Positions 47,457 to 57,359 are shown, numbered from the stretch's first letter. The stretch: 63,994 nt of DNA from Planctomycetota bacterium (GCA_003696625.1 RFGR01000061.1:1-63994); one strand, 5' to 3'. Made by a program: numbers and translations. The notes: generated from the sequence alone by a model not told the origin.

Positions 47457-48603
47457 GGCGCTGCTCCCGACGCTTGACGTTGGCCTTGACCACGTAGTAG
47501 TCGATGACCGGTGCGAAGATGTTCATGAACAGGATGGCGAGCATCATGCCCTCGGGATAGGCCGGATTGACCACCCGGACGAGGACGGTGAGGACGCCGA
47601 TCAGAACGCCGTAGATCCAGCGGCCGGTGTCGGTCTGGGCGGCCGAGACCGGGTCGGTGGCCATGAAGACGGTGCCGAAGGCGAAGCCGCCGACGACCAG
47701 GTGCCAGTACCAGGGCAGGGCCAGGTAGTGCTCCGGCGACGGCGCCAGCAGGTTGAAGAGCGAGGCCGTGCCGGCCATGCCGAGCAGACAGCCGAGCATC
47801 ACCCGCCAGGAGGCGATGCGGGTGAAGAGCAGGATGGCGGCGCCGATCAGACAGCAGAGGGTGCTGGTCTCGCCGAAGGAACCGGGCATCAGGCCGAGGA
47901 AGGCGTCGCTCCAGCTCATGCCGGCGGTGGCGGCGGCGCCGTCGGCGTAGAAGTGGGCCAGCGGTGTGGCGCCGGAGAAGCCGTCGAGCCAGTGCTCGCG
48001 GCCGGCGACCCAGACCAGGTCGCCGGAGATCTGGGCCGGATAGGCGAAGAACAGGAAGACCCGGGTGGTCAGGGCCGGGTTGAGCACGTTCATGCCGGTG
48101 CCGCCGAAGACCTCCTTGCCGATGACGACTCCGAAGGCGGTGCCCAGGGCGAGCTGCCAGAGCGGGATGGTCGGCGGCACGATGAGCGGGATGAGCAGGC
48201 CCGTGACCAGGAAGCCCTCGTTGATCTCGTGCTTGCGGACCGCGGCGAAGACCGTCTCGATTCCGCCGCCGACCGCCATCACCACCAGGTAGCGGGGCAG
48301 GAACATCAGCAGGCCGGCCAGGAAGGCCTCGGCCGCGCCCGGATCCTGCCCGGCGGCGAGGCCGGCCTGGCGGCCGGCGTTCCACATCCCGAACAGGGCG
48401 CAGGGGAGAAGCGCCCAGACGACGGTCATCATCGTCCGCTTGAGGTCGATGCCGTCGCGGATGTGCGGACCCTCGCTGGTCCGGCGGCCCGGGGTGTAGA
48501 GGAAGCTGTCGGCCGCCTCGTAGAGCGGATAGAGCTTGTGCAGGCGACCGCCCTCCTCGAACAGGGGCGCGATCTTGTCGAGCTGTCGGCGCAGGAAGGA
48601 CAC
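47443..48603 (-). CDS. nqrB: Na+-NQR subunit B
   Basis: HIRDGIDLKR, KEVFGGTG, FMN site DGFSGATPL, FMATDPV, YPEG. Confidence 0.96.
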   Translation of the reverse strand: MSFLRRQLDKIAPLFEEGGRLHKLYPLYEAADSFLYTPGRRTSEGPHIRDGIDLKRTMMTVVWALLPCALFGMWNAGRQAGLAAGQDPGAAEAFLAGLLMFLPRYLVVMAVGGGIETVFAAVRKHEINEGFLVTGLLIPLIVPPTIPLWQLALGTAFGVVIGKEVFGGTGMNVLNPALTTRVFLFFAYPAQISGDLVWVAGREHWLDGFSGATPLAHFYADGAAATAGMSWSDAFLGLMPGSFGETSTLCCLIGAAILLFTRIASWRVMLGCLLGMAGTASLFNLLAPSPEHYLALPWYWHLVVGGFAFGTVFMATDPVSAAQTDTGRWIYGVLIGVLTVLVRVVNPAYPEGMMLAILFMNIFAPVIDYYVVKANVKRREQRLGVQ

Positions 48604-48607
48604 GGGA

Positions 48608-49966
48608 TCAGCCCTCCTTCTCGATCCGGTCGAGCATCTCCCGCAGCAGGCGGGTGACGGGGGTCTTCGAGGGGCAGACGTATTCGCAGAGGGCGACGTC
48701 CTCCTCGGCGAGTTCGAGGACGCCGAGCTTCTCGGCTCCCTCGAGGTCGTGGCTGGCCAGAGCCTTGATCAATTGCGTGGCCATGATGTCCATCGGCATC
48801 ACCCGCTCGTAGGAGCCGATCGGGACGATGGCCCGGTCGCTGCCGTTGCGGTCGGTGTCGAAGCGGAGCCGCCGGCGGACGAACTTGGCCAGGGCGGCGT
48901 TGGTGAAGGTGTGGCGGCGGCCGATCGGCTTCAGCCAGCCGAGGAACTCGCGCGCCGGGGCGTCGTCGAGGATCGTGACCTGGTTGTCGTAGCGGCCGAG
49001 GAAGCCGTAGGGACCGCCGGGCTGGGCGTTGCCGCCCGCGAGCGGGCAGCCGGAGACCACCCGGGCCTGCTCGACCCCGATCCGACCCGCGCACAACTCC
49101 TCGGTGGCGGCGCCGCGGCGGGTCCGGAGCAGCGCCGGCTCGCGCGCCGCCGGCCCGACCACGGCGATCAGGCGCCGGCTCGGAATGCGGCCGGTGGTCA
49201 GGAATTCGCCGATGTCGGCCACGTCCTGGTAGCCGACGTGCCAGACCGCCCGGCCGGGGCCGACCGGGTCGAGGGCGTTGATGTGGACGCCGGCGTTGCC
49301 GGCCGGATGGGGGCCGCTGAAGGCGGTGTGCTCGACGCCGTCGACCAGGAAGTCGTGCCAGTCCTCGCCGGCGGCGGTGCAGAGTCGGACCCGGCCGGAG
49401 GTGAGGCGGCCGAGGGCGACCAACCCGGCCCGGAACGCCGCCTGCCGGCCCTCGAGCAGGGCGAGCGGCGGCGGCGCCAGCGGCCGGGTGTCCATCGCCG
49501 TGACGAAGATCGAGCGCGGATCCCCCTCCGAGGGCGCCACCTTGTCGAAGGGGCGCTGGCGCAGGCAGGGCCAGAGGCCCGAGCGCAGCAGGTGGCCGCG
49601 GATGGTGTCGGCGTCGGCCTGCACCGGGTCGGCCGGCTCGAACGGGACCTGCTCCTCCTCGCCGGAAGCCGGATCGAGGCGGACGACCACCGACTGAACC
49701 ATCCGCCGTCGGCCGCGGTTGATCGCCACCACCTCACCGGCGCCGGGCGAGGTGAAGAGAACGTGCTCGTCCCGTCGGTCGTGGAACAGGGGGTCGCCGA
49801 GGCGGACCCTTTGGCCGATGTGGACGTGGAGCTTGGTCTTGATCCCCAGCGCTTCCTGGGGTTTCAGGGCCACGTGGTGGATCGGCGGGCCGTCCTGGGC
49901 CACGGTGGACTCCAGGCCGCCGGGGATCGGCACGTCGAATCCCTTTCGGATCTTGACGACGGACAT
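48608..49966 (-). CDS. nqrA: Na+-NQR subunit A
   Basis: KIRKGFDVPIPG, GPHPAGN, VMPMDI, ELAEEDVALCEYVCPSK. Confidence 0.95.
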   Translation of the reverse strand: MSVVKIRKGFDVPIPGGLESTVAQDGPPIHHVALKPQEALGIKTKLHVHIGQRVRLGDPLFHDRRDEHVLFTSPGAGEVVAINRGRRRMVQSVVVRLDPASGEEEQVPFEPADPVQADADTIRGHLLRSGLWPCLRQRPFDKVAPSEGDPRSIFVTAMDTRPLAPPPLALLEGRQAAFRAGLVALGRLTSGRVRLCTAAGEDWHDFLVDGVEHTAFSGPHPAGNAGVHINALDPVGPGRAVWHVGYQDVADIGEFLTTGRIPSRRLIAVVGPAAREPALLRTRRGAATEELCAGRIGVEQARVVSGCPLAGGNAQPGGPYGFLGRYDNQVTILDDAPAREFLGWLKPIGRRHTFTNAALAKFVRRRLRFDTDRNGSDRAIVPIGSYERVMPMDIMATQLIKALASHDLEGAEKLGVLELAEEDVALCEYVCPSKTPVTRLLREMLDRIEKEG

Positions 49967-50201
49967 CGGGCCAGCTCGGTTCGGATGGGGGGCCGCGGCC
50001 TCCGAGGACGGACCGCCCCCCTCGAGTTTCCGGGAGGGCGGACCGCGGTCAGGCCGGGATTGTAGGGATTCCGGACGCTGGGGGATAAGGCAGGGATCCG
50101 AGAATGCCAGTCCCGTCACGGCCGGTGCGGATGGATTCCCCGCCGGGGCTATCCTCTGCCCGTAGCCGGTCGGGGCGGCAGCCCCGCCCGCGCCCCTGCC
50201 C

Positions 50202-51323
50202 ATGCACCGACGCCCGCTCTCCCTGCTCCTCCTGGCCGTCGGCCTGGCCCTCGGCTTGGCCCTCGGCCTGGCCGCCCCGGCCCGCGGCGGCCGGCCCTCC
50301 ACGCCGGCCCAGTTGCTCGAATTCTCCGACGCCCTCGAGGATCTCGCCGCCCGGGTCCTCCGGGCCACCGTCCACATCCGGGTCGATTTCACCGCCGACG
50401 GCGAGCGCCGGGCCGGGACCGGCACCGGCTTCGTGGTCGACGCCATCCGCGGCATCGTGGTCACCAACAACCACGTGGTGAATCCGCCCAAGGATCGGCC
50501 GGATCAGGAGATCGGGGACGTCTTCGCCCGCGTGACCCTGGCCGACGGCCGGGTCTTCCCGGCGGACATCGTCGCCGCCGACCCCCGCATCGACATCGCC
50601 GTCGTCCGGATCCCGGAAGGTGAGGCCCGGCGCCAGCTCCCCTGGGGGGACAGCGACGCCCTGCGGCCCGGCGCCCTGGTCCTGGCGGTCGGCAACCCGC
50701 TCGGCCTGGTCGGTTCGACCAGCCTCGGGGTCATCAGCGGCCTCAACCGCTCGATCGGCATCCTGGCCCAGACCCCTGGCGGCTACGAGGATTTCCTCCA
50801 ACACGACGCCGTGATCGACCAGGGCAGCTCCGGCGGCCCGCTGGTGGACATGCGCGGCCGGGTGGTGGGGGTGAACACCGCCATCAGCCCCGATTCCCAG
50901 TTCAAGGCGGTCCACGGCCTCCATTCCTGGAACGGCGTCTCCTGGTCGGTGCCGGCCCGCCTGGCCCGCAAGGTGGCCGAGGACCTGGTCGAGTACGGTC
51001 GGGTCCGCCGCGGCTACCTGGGCGTGAACACGGATCAGCAGGAGATCTCCCCCGGCTTCGCCCGCCGGAGCGGCCTGCCACGGCCTTACGGCGCCCTGGT
51101 CACCGAGATCCTGGAAGGGACTCCAGCCGCCGCCGCCGGCGTTCGCAAGGGGGACATCATCCTCGAGGTGGACGGCCACGAAGTCACCGGTTGGCAGGCC
51201 CTCCGCGCTCGGATCAGCGCCTATTCGCCCGGCGATCGGGTGCGTCTCCGGCTCTGGCGCAACAAGCAGGCCTTGGAGGTGGAGGTCGAGCTGGCGGAGT
51301 TGCCGGCCGAGGCCGGAGGTTGA
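50202..51323 (+). CDS. HtrA/DegP-family serine protease with one PDZ domain
   Basis: TNNHVV, DIAV, GSSGGPL triad motifs; RGYLGV PDZ. Confidence 0.92.
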   Translation: MHRRPLSLLLLAVGLALGLALGLAAPARGGRPSTPAQLLEFSDALEDLAARVLRATVHIRVDFTADGERRAGTGTGFVVDAIRGIVVTNNHVVNPPKDRPDQEIGDVFARVTLADGRVFPADIVAADPRIDIAVVRIPEGEARRQLPWGDSDALRPGALVLAVGNPLGLVGSTSLGVISGLNRSIGILAQTPGGYEDFLQHDAVIDQGSSGGPLVDMRGRVVGVNTAISPDSQFKAVHGLHSWNGVSWSVPARLARKVAEDLVEYGRVRRGYLGVNTDQQEISPGFARRSGLPRPYGALVTEILEGTPAAAAGVRKGDIILEVDGHEVTGWQALRARISAYSPGDRVRLRLWRNKQALEVEVELAELPAEAGG

Positions 51324-51479
51324 GCCGGCGGCGAGAAGCGAGGCCGCCGGATCCTCCCCTCACGGACCCGGCGGCCTCCATCCCCTTGGAATCCCCCTGG
51401 AGACAGGTGCGATTACCGCGAGGGTCTAGCCGTTCGGAGGGCGGGCGGTAACCGGATTCCAGAGCAGATCATGGAATCC

Positions 51480-51654
51480 GGCCCGGATCGCTGCCCCCTG
51501 ATTGCCGGCGAACCCTAACCCGGACCCGGGTGCTCCGTCTTGCGGGGTGGCGGAACCTCCCAAGGGCGCCCCGGCGCCCCTGGGATCGCCCGGGGAAGGT
51601 CACCCACGAGCCGCTGGGATCCGATCGAGGCGGGGATGCAGGCGGTCGCCGGCC
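51480..51654 (+). ncRNA. Putative 6S RNA (SsrS)-like structured RNA
   Basis: About 175-nt rod folded by hand: closing stem GATCGCTGC/GCAGGCGGTC and CCCTG/CGGGG, central bubble, GGGTG(51528-32)/CACCC(51601-05), apical TCCCA..GGGCGCC/GGCGCCC..TGGGA. GAACC..GGGTGC..CACCCAC resembles 6S motifs from memory. Confidence 0.55.
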
Positions 51655-51742
51655 TCCTCCGGACGACGAAGCGGACCTTCCGGTCGGCCGCAAGCCGCCC
51701 CGGCTCCGAACCGGGGGCCAGGGAACCGGCCCGGATTCCGAA

Positions 51743-52561
51743 TCAGGCCGGGACTCCGGCCGGGCCGACCCCCAGGGCCATCCGCTCGGCGCCGTAGAAG
51801 GCGAGCGGGTTGTCCCAGACCAACCGCTGGATCACGGCCGGGTCGGCGCCGCGGGCCTCGAGCAAGGCGGCCGTCTTCGGCACGTTCAGCGGGTCCGACC
51901 GCCCCCAGTCGGCGCTCGAGTTCAGAGTGATCCGCTCGACCCCGCAGTCGAAGAAGATGTTCACGAAGCGCTCCGGCGTCAGCTTGGTCTCGGGATAGAC
52001 CGTGTGGCCGGCCCAGTAGCCGGCGTCGAGGATCATCCGGGTGGTCTCCTCGGTCGAGTGGTCGATGACCACCCGGTTCGGGTCCACGTCCAGGTCGGCG
52101 AGGACCTCGATCGTCCGCTTCGTGCCGCGGGCCTTGTCGCGGTGCGGGGTGTGGACCAGGATCGGCAAGTCGAACCCGCGGGCCATTTCGACCTGGGCGA
52201 TGAAAGCCTTCTCCTCGGCCGGGGTGATCGCGTCGTAGCCCAGCTCGCCGACCGCGACCACGCCGTCGCGCCCGAGGAACTCCGGCAGCATCTCCAGCAC
52301 CTCGGCCGCCAGCCGCTCGTCGTTGGCCTCCTTTGGGTTGAGGCCGATCGTACAGCGGTGCTCGATGCCGAAGCCGGCCGCGCGTTCCCGCTCCCATTCC
52401 AGGATCATCAGGAAGTAGTCGCGGAAGGTGCCGGCGCTGGTCCGGGGCTGGCCGAGCCAGAAGGAGGGTTCCACCACCGCCCGGACCCCGGCCAGGTACA
52501 TGGCCTGGTAGTCGTCGGTGGTCCGGGAGACGCAGTGGATGTGCGGGTCGATGTAGCGCAT
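51743..52561 (-). CDS. TatD-family metallohydrolase (EboB-like subfamily)
   Basis: DPHIH..SRTTDDY, FWLGQPRT, GLNPKEAN, VGELGYD, VHTPH, IDH, NSSADWG. Confidence 0.88.
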   Translation of the reverse strand: MRYIDPHIHCVSRTTDDYQAMYLAGVRAVVEPSFWLGQPRTSAGTFRDYFLMILEWERERAAGFGIEHRCTIGLNPKEANDERLAAEVLEMLPEFLGRDGVVAVGELGYDAITPAEEKAFIAQVEMARGFDLPILVHTPHRDKARGTKRTIEVLADLDVDPNRVVIDHSTEETTRMILDAGYWAGHTVYPETKLTPERFVNIFFDCGVERITLNSSADWGRSDPLNVPKTAALLEARGADPAVIQRLVWDNPLAFYGAERMALGVGPAGVPA

Positions 52562-52587
52562 GATCGAGTGGTGGTGGACCTGGCATT

Positions 52588-55056
52588 CTAGCCCTGCCCG
52601 GACTTGCGGCCGCCCTTGTCGTCCTTGCCGTCCCGAACCTTGTCGTAGCGGGCCAAGGCGGCCTCGACCCGGCCCATGACCGACTCCTGCGGCCAGCTGC
52701 CGTCCCGCCGCCGCCGGCCGGCCGGCAGGCCGGTCAGCAGGGCGATCCCCTGGTCGACCGTGTCGGCGGCCCAGAGGTGGAAGCGGCCGGCCCGCACCTC
52801 GCGCAGGATCGCCGGGTCGAGCATCAGATCCTCGACGTTGCTGGAAGGCAGGATGACGCCCTGGCTGCCGGTCAGGCCGCGGCGGGCGCAGAGTTCGAAG
52901 AAGCCGGCCACCTTCTCGTTGACGCCGCCGACGGCCAGGATCTCGCCCTGCATGTTGACGGCGCCGGTCACGGCCAGGTCCTGCCGCACGGGCAGGCCGG
53001 CGATCGCGGAGAGCAGGCAGTAGACCTCGGTCGAGCTGGCCGAGTCGCCGTCGATCGGGCCGTAGCTCTGGTCGAAGCTGAGGGCGGCCTTGATCGGCAG
53101 CGTGCGGTTCTGGCCGAAGCGGGCGCGCAGGAAGGATTCGAGCAGGAGCACCCCCTTGGTGTGGATCGGGCCGCTCAGCTCGACCTCGCGCTCGATGTTC
53201 AGGGTGCTGTCGTCGCCGACCGCCACCGAGGCCGAGACCCGGGCGACCCGGCCGAAGGAGAGCGGGCCGATCGAAACCACGGTCAAGGCGTTGACCGAGC
53301 CGATCCGGGTGCCGCTGGTCTGAATCTCGTAGACGCCGTCGAGGACCGCGCGCAGGTTCCACTCCGGCTCGGCCGCGTGCTGAAGGATGAAGGCCCGCCG
53401 CGCCTCCTCGACCGCCCGCCGGTCGATCCGCCGCCGGCCGGCGCGCTGGGCGTGGTAGGAGGCCTCCCGGGCGTAGTCGGCCAGGACCGGCAGCCGGGCC
53501 GACAGCCGGTTGCGGCGGCCGGCGTCCTCGACCGCCCGTTCGACCAGGCTCTGCAGACCGCTGGCGGCGAAGGGCAGCAGACCCTCGCGCCGACCGAGGT
53601 CGCGCAGGACCCGGACCAGGCGGCCGACGTTGGCCTTGGTCAGCGGCAGGTTGTCGTCGAACTCGGCCTTGGTCTTGAAGATCTCGGGGAAGTCGTGGTC
53701 GCTCTCGTGGAGCAGCTCGTAGAGCGCGTTGTCCCCGACCAGGATCACCTTGAGGTCGATCGGCACCGGTTCCGGCCGGACGCCGGTGACGCCGAGCGGG
53801 GACATCCCCTCGATCGTGTGGATCTGGAGCTGGTGGATCTGGAGGGTCCGCTTCAGGGAGCGCCAGACCTCGGCCTCCTGGAAGACGTCGCGGGCGTTCA
53901 GGACCAGCAGGCCGCCGTCGGCGGCCAGCAACGAGCCGGGGCGGACCGCGAGGTGGAAGTGGCCGGGGCCGGCGCTGAGCTGGCGCCGTTCGACCGTGCC
54001 GAACAGATTCGAGTAGTTCGGGTGGAGTTCGGTCACGATCGGACAGCGCCCCTCCTCGGCGCTGCGGACCACGTTCACCTCGAAGACCTCCAGCCCGAGC
54101 TTGTGGTCGCCGTCGCCCTCTTCCTGGTCGCTCTCTTCTCCGCCGCCCTCCGGGCCGCGGAAGAGGTGCAGGTTGGCGAGGGCGAAGCCGGCCGCGTCGC
54201 CGAGCCAGGCGCCGAGCGCCTCGTCGGCCTCGAGTTCCTCGGCGGTGGCGATGGTCAGGGCCTGGACCACCTCCCGGACTCGGTTCTCGTCCAAGGTCTG
54301 GACCTCGCGCAACAGCCGCAGGCCGATCTGGCGCGCCTGGAGCCTCGCCTTCCGGAGCTGGCTGACCAGGCCCTCGCGGGCCAGGAGCAGGCGGCGCAGG
54401 GCGGCGCCTCGGGGCCGAAGCTTCTCTTCGACCTCACCGAGCGCGTCCGGGGCGACCGCCTCCTCGCCGATCCGCAGCCAAATGTCCGGCCGCGGGCCGT
54501 CCTCGGCCTCGACCTGGACCAGGGCCAGACCGGCGGCGCGGGCCCGCCGGGCCAGCCGGCGGAAGAGCTGCTCCTCGGCGCTGGCGTAGCGGCGCAGGAG
54601 GCGGTCGCGGCGGGCGAGGTGCTCCTCGCTCGACAGCAGGCGCGGGATCTCGCGCCGCATCGCCCGCCGCCAGTTCCGCATCGCCTCGGCCAAGCGGACC
54701 CCCTTTCCGGCCGGCAGCGCCAAGTGACGGGGCCGGATCGGGTCGAGAAAGTTGTGGACGAAGACGTGGTCCTTGAGGAGCGGGCAGCTCAGTTGGACCT
54801 GCTCCAGGACCGCCCGCACCGTTTGGAAGCGCTCCGGTCCGCCGATGCCGGTGACGAAGACGTTGTAACCCGGCGCCTGGACCGCGAGGCCCATCCGGAG
54901 CGCCTCGATCGGCCGCTCCTGCCCGATCAGCCGGGAGACCGGATCTTGGCCGGTCGGGCGCCGGCGCGGCGCCGGGATCCAGCCGGCGGGGCAGGTCCAG
55001 CGGAGTTGGGAGGGGCGAAGCGGGCGCGGACGAAGGGCGCGGCGGTCGGCGGCCAT
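52588..55056 (-). CDS. Lon-like protease (LonC-type: AAA-like domain + Lon protease domain)
   Basis: IGQER, LFGTVE, PGSLLAADGG, catalytic DGDSAS and GGVNEK; Walker A degenerate. Confidence 0.88.
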   Translation of the reverse strand: MAADRRALRPRPLRPSQLRWTCPAGWIPAPRRRPTGQDPVSRLIGQERPIEALRMGLAVQAPGYNVFVTGIGGPERFQTVRAVLEQVQLSCPLLKDHVFVHNFLDPIRPRHLALPAGKGVRLAEAMRNWRRAMRREIPRLLSSEEHLARRDRLLRRYASAEEQLFRRLARRARAAGLALVQVEAEDGPRPDIWLRIGEEAVAPDALGEVEEKLRPRGAALRRLLLAREGLVSQLRKARLQARQIGLRLLREVQTLDENRVREVVQALTIATAEELEADEALGAWLGDAAGFALANLHLFRGPEGGGEESDQEEGDGDHKLGLEVFEVNVVRSAEEGRCPIVTELHPNYSNLFGTVERRQLSAGPGHFHLAVRPGSLLAADGGLLVLNARDVFQEAEVWRSLKRTLQIHQLQIHTIEGMSPLGVTGVRPEPVPIDLKVILVGDNALYELLHESDHDFPEIFKTKAEFDDNLPLTKANVGRLVRVLRDLGRREGLLPFAASGLQSLVERAVEDAGRRNRLSARLPVLADYAREASYHAQRAGRRRIDRRAVEEARRAFILQHAAEPEWNLRAVLDGVYEIQTSGTRIGSVNALTVVSIGPLSFGRVARVSASVAVGDDSTLNIEREVELSGPIHTKGVLLLESFLRARFGQNRTLPIKAALSFDQSYGPIDGDSASSTEVYCLLSAIAGLPVRQDLAVTGAVNMQGEILAVGGVNEKVAGFFELCARRGLTGSQGVILPSSNVEDLMLDPAILREVRAGRFHLWAADTVDQGIALLTGLPAGRRRRDGSWPQESVMGRVEAALARYDKVRDGKDDKGGRKSGQG

Positions 55057-55088
55057 GCCCCGGCATGGTAGGTCCGCCGACCGCCTGC

Positions 55089-57239
55089 TCAGCGGCGGAA
55101 CGGCCGCTCCTTCCGGTAGGCCTCGGCCTGGGCCCGCAGCGTCGACACCACCTCCTCCGGCGCACCGGTCGCGGCCGCCACCTCGGCGGCCTGGTCCTGG
55201 AGGTCCCCGGCCTCGGACCAGTGCCCGCCGGCGGCCGCCGCCATCGCCCGGGCCTCGAGCACCTCGACCACCTCCCGGGGAGTCGGCTCGGAGCGCCGGC
55301 GCAGGTCCGCCTCCAGCTCGGCGGCCAGCTCGGCGGCCCGATCCGGATCCCGCAGCTCCGGGGTTCGCGCGCCGGCCCGGATCCGGAGGAGGTCGAGCCG
55401 GGCCGGAGCGAGGCCGGGATCGTGCCGCAGGGCCTCCTCGAGCGCCTCGGTCGCCTCTCGTTCGTGATCGAGCGCCAGCTCGGCCTGGGCCAGGTTGAAC
55501 CAGGCCGGGGCCGAGTCGGGACGGGCCGCGACCGCCCGCCGGAGTTCGGTCACCGCCTCCTCCGGGCGGCCGGTCTCGAGGAGGACGCCGCCGAGTCCGG
55601 CGAGGGCCTCCCAGTCGCCCGGGTCGAGTTCGACCGCCCTCCGGAACGGTGCCTCGGCTTCGGCCGCCCGGCCGCTGCGGGCCAGGGCCGTGGCCAGCGC
55701 CCGCCAGCCGTAGGGGTCTTCCGGCCGGGCCTCGGCCGCCCGACGCAGCTCCGCCAGGGCCTCGGCCAAGCCGGCCGGGTCGTCGGCGGCCCGCTCGCTG
55801 CGGAGCCGGGCGAGGCTGGCGGCGGCCTGGGGGAAGCTGAGTTCCGCCGCCCGGCGGTAGGCGGCCTCGGCCCGTTCCGGTTCGCCGGCTCGTTCCCAGG
55901 CCTCGCCGAGCTTGTGCGCGAAGGCCGGCCGGAGGCGGTCGAGCGGCGGTTCGAGGGCGCCGCCGGCTGCCAGGGCGAGCAGGCCGCCGAGCCAGATCGC
56001 TCCGCGCCAGCGATGGCGCTGGGCGGCGACCCCGGCGCAGAGGGCCGCGGCCACCGGCAGCGCCGGCATCCGGTAGCGCGGGGAGTAGAAAAAGAGGGTC
56101 ACCACCAGAAGCGGCAGCAGGAGCAGCAGCGCCTCCGGGAAGACCGGTCGCCGCCGCCTCCAGGCGACGAACAGGGCGAGCAGGGCCGGGAGCAGGACCA
56201 GCGGCGCCGGCACGATTCCGGCCCAGGGCTGGAGTCCCGCCTGCCGCTCGAGTTCCGGCAGCGCGACGTCGCCGTAGGCGTGGGCGGTGAAGAACAACCC
56301 GACCTTGCGCGCGGCGGTGAGCAGGGCGGCGCCTGGATCGGCCGCCCACCAGGCCAGGCCGCGGGCGAAGAAGTGGCGGCTGGTCGCCCGCCAGCCCTCG
56401 ATCCCCGTCTCCTCGGCGGTCAGGCGCCAGGCGTCCCGGTTCTGCTTCAGGCGGCCGGTGCTGACGCCGGGGATCGGGTGGTAGGTGCCGTCCGCCCCGG
56501 GGGCGTTGCCGTGGGCGAAGGTGACTCCGGCCTGGGCGCTGATCAGGATCGGCTCGCCGCAGGCGGCGAGGTTGTGGGCCGTCGCGGGGGCGACGACCAG
56601 GGCCGCGGCCAAGACCAGGCGCGGCGCCGCCGGCCAGGAGGTTCGCCGGCCGCGCCAAGCGGCGACGATCGGCACCGCCAGCAGCATCGCCGGATTGGCG
56701 AGAGCGTTCAGGCCGAGCAGGGCGCCGAGGCCGAGGTCCCGACCGCCGCCGGGCCGATCCTCGGCCCGCTGCAGGCCCCGCCAGAGCAGGGCGACCAAGA
56801 AGAGCTGGAGGCTGCTGTTCAGCAGCCTCCCGGCGGCGTAGGAGGGGTCCGTGAGCAGCAGGAAAAGGGCCGCCGCCGCCAGGGCCGGACCGTCGGTGGC
56901 CAGGCGGTGCCGGGCGGCCCTTCCGACCAGCCAGCCGGTGGCGGCGTGGAGGAGGGCCTGCACGGCGTAGATCCCCGGCAGCCCGAAGCCGAGGGCGCGC
57001 AGGAGAGCGAGGAAGAACGGGTAGAGCGGCGCGGACAGAAAGGGCTCGCTGCCGATCAGCCTGCCGCCGGCGATCGCGCCGGCCCATTCCCAGTAGGCCT
57101 GGGCGTCGTCCAGCGGCACTCGGGCGAAGGGATCGTGCGGCCACTCCAGCCAGCGGCCGAGCGCCTCCAGGAGCAGCCCGATCAGGCACAGGCCGGCGAG
57201 GCGGCGGGAGAAGCGGCGGCCCGGCGGCGTCGGCGGCAT
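55089..57239 (-). CDS. GT-C (PMT-like) membrane glycosyltransferase with C-terminal TPR repeats
   Basis: DDAQAY..WA, PLYPFFLA, many TM segments, RYRMP, then TPRs (AYRRAAEL, FRRAVELDP, AWFNLA). Confidence 0.8.
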   Translation of the reverse strand: MPPTPPGRRFSRRLAGLCLIGLLLEALGRWLEWPHDPFARVPLDDAQAYWEWAGAIAGGRLIGSEPFLSAPLYPFFLALLRALGFGLPGIYAVQALLHAATGWLVGRAARHRLATDGPALAAAALFLLLTDPSYAAGRLLNSSLQLFLVALLWRGLQRAEDRPGGGRDLGLGALLGLNALANPAMLLAVPIVAAWRGRRTSWPAAPRLVLAAALVVAPATAHNLAACGEPILISAQAGVTFAHGNAPGADGTYHPIPGVSTGRLKQNRDAWRLTAEETGIEGWRATSRHFFARGLAWWAADPGAALLTAARKVGLFFTAHAYGDVALPELERQAGLQPWAGIVPAPLVLLPALLALFVAWRRRRPVFPEALLLLLPLLVVTLFFYSPRYRMPALPVAAALCAGVAAQRHRWRGAIWLGGLLALAAGGALEPPLDRLRPAFAHKLGEAWERAGEPERAEAAYRRAAELSFPQAAASLARLRSERAADDPAGLAEALAELRRAAEARPEDPYGWRALATALARSGRAAEAEAPFRRAVELDPGDWEALAGLGGVLLETGRPEEAVTELRRAVAARPDSAPAWFNLAQAELALDHEREATEALEEALRHDPGLAPARLDLLRIRAGARTPELRDPDRAAELAAELEADLRRRSEPTPREVVEVLEARAMAAAAGGHWSEAGDLQDQAAEVAAATGAPEEVVSTLRAQAEAYRKERPFRR

Positions 57240-57359
57240 CGGCGACGGCGAATGTAGCAGGGCCGGGCGGCATTCCTCCTTCCGCCCTTGAGCCGGCGGC
57301 CGGCGGTCCTAGAAGATGCCTCCTCCGGCCGCCGCCCGCGGCCGACCCTGGATTCCGAC

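Noticed and set aside
51511-51521. AACCCTAACCC, resembling a telomerase RNA template for TTAGGG, inside the ncRNA bubble
   Set aside because: Only 11 nt; no reverse transcriptase and no TTAGGG arrays in the window; adequately explained as the unpaired bubble of a 6S-like RNA
51324-51742. RNase P RNA, tmRNA or SRP RNA as the identity of the intergenic RNA
   Set aside because: No GAGGAAAGTCC, no tRNA-like ends with CCA and T-loop, and no SRP domain IV CAGG..GGAA..AGCAG motif on either strand
52588-57273. 1561-aa ORF read as one giant Lon fusion
   Set aside because: Its N-terminal half is an off-frame overlap of the GT-C/TPR gene; the real protease starts near 55056, after a TACCAT -10 box
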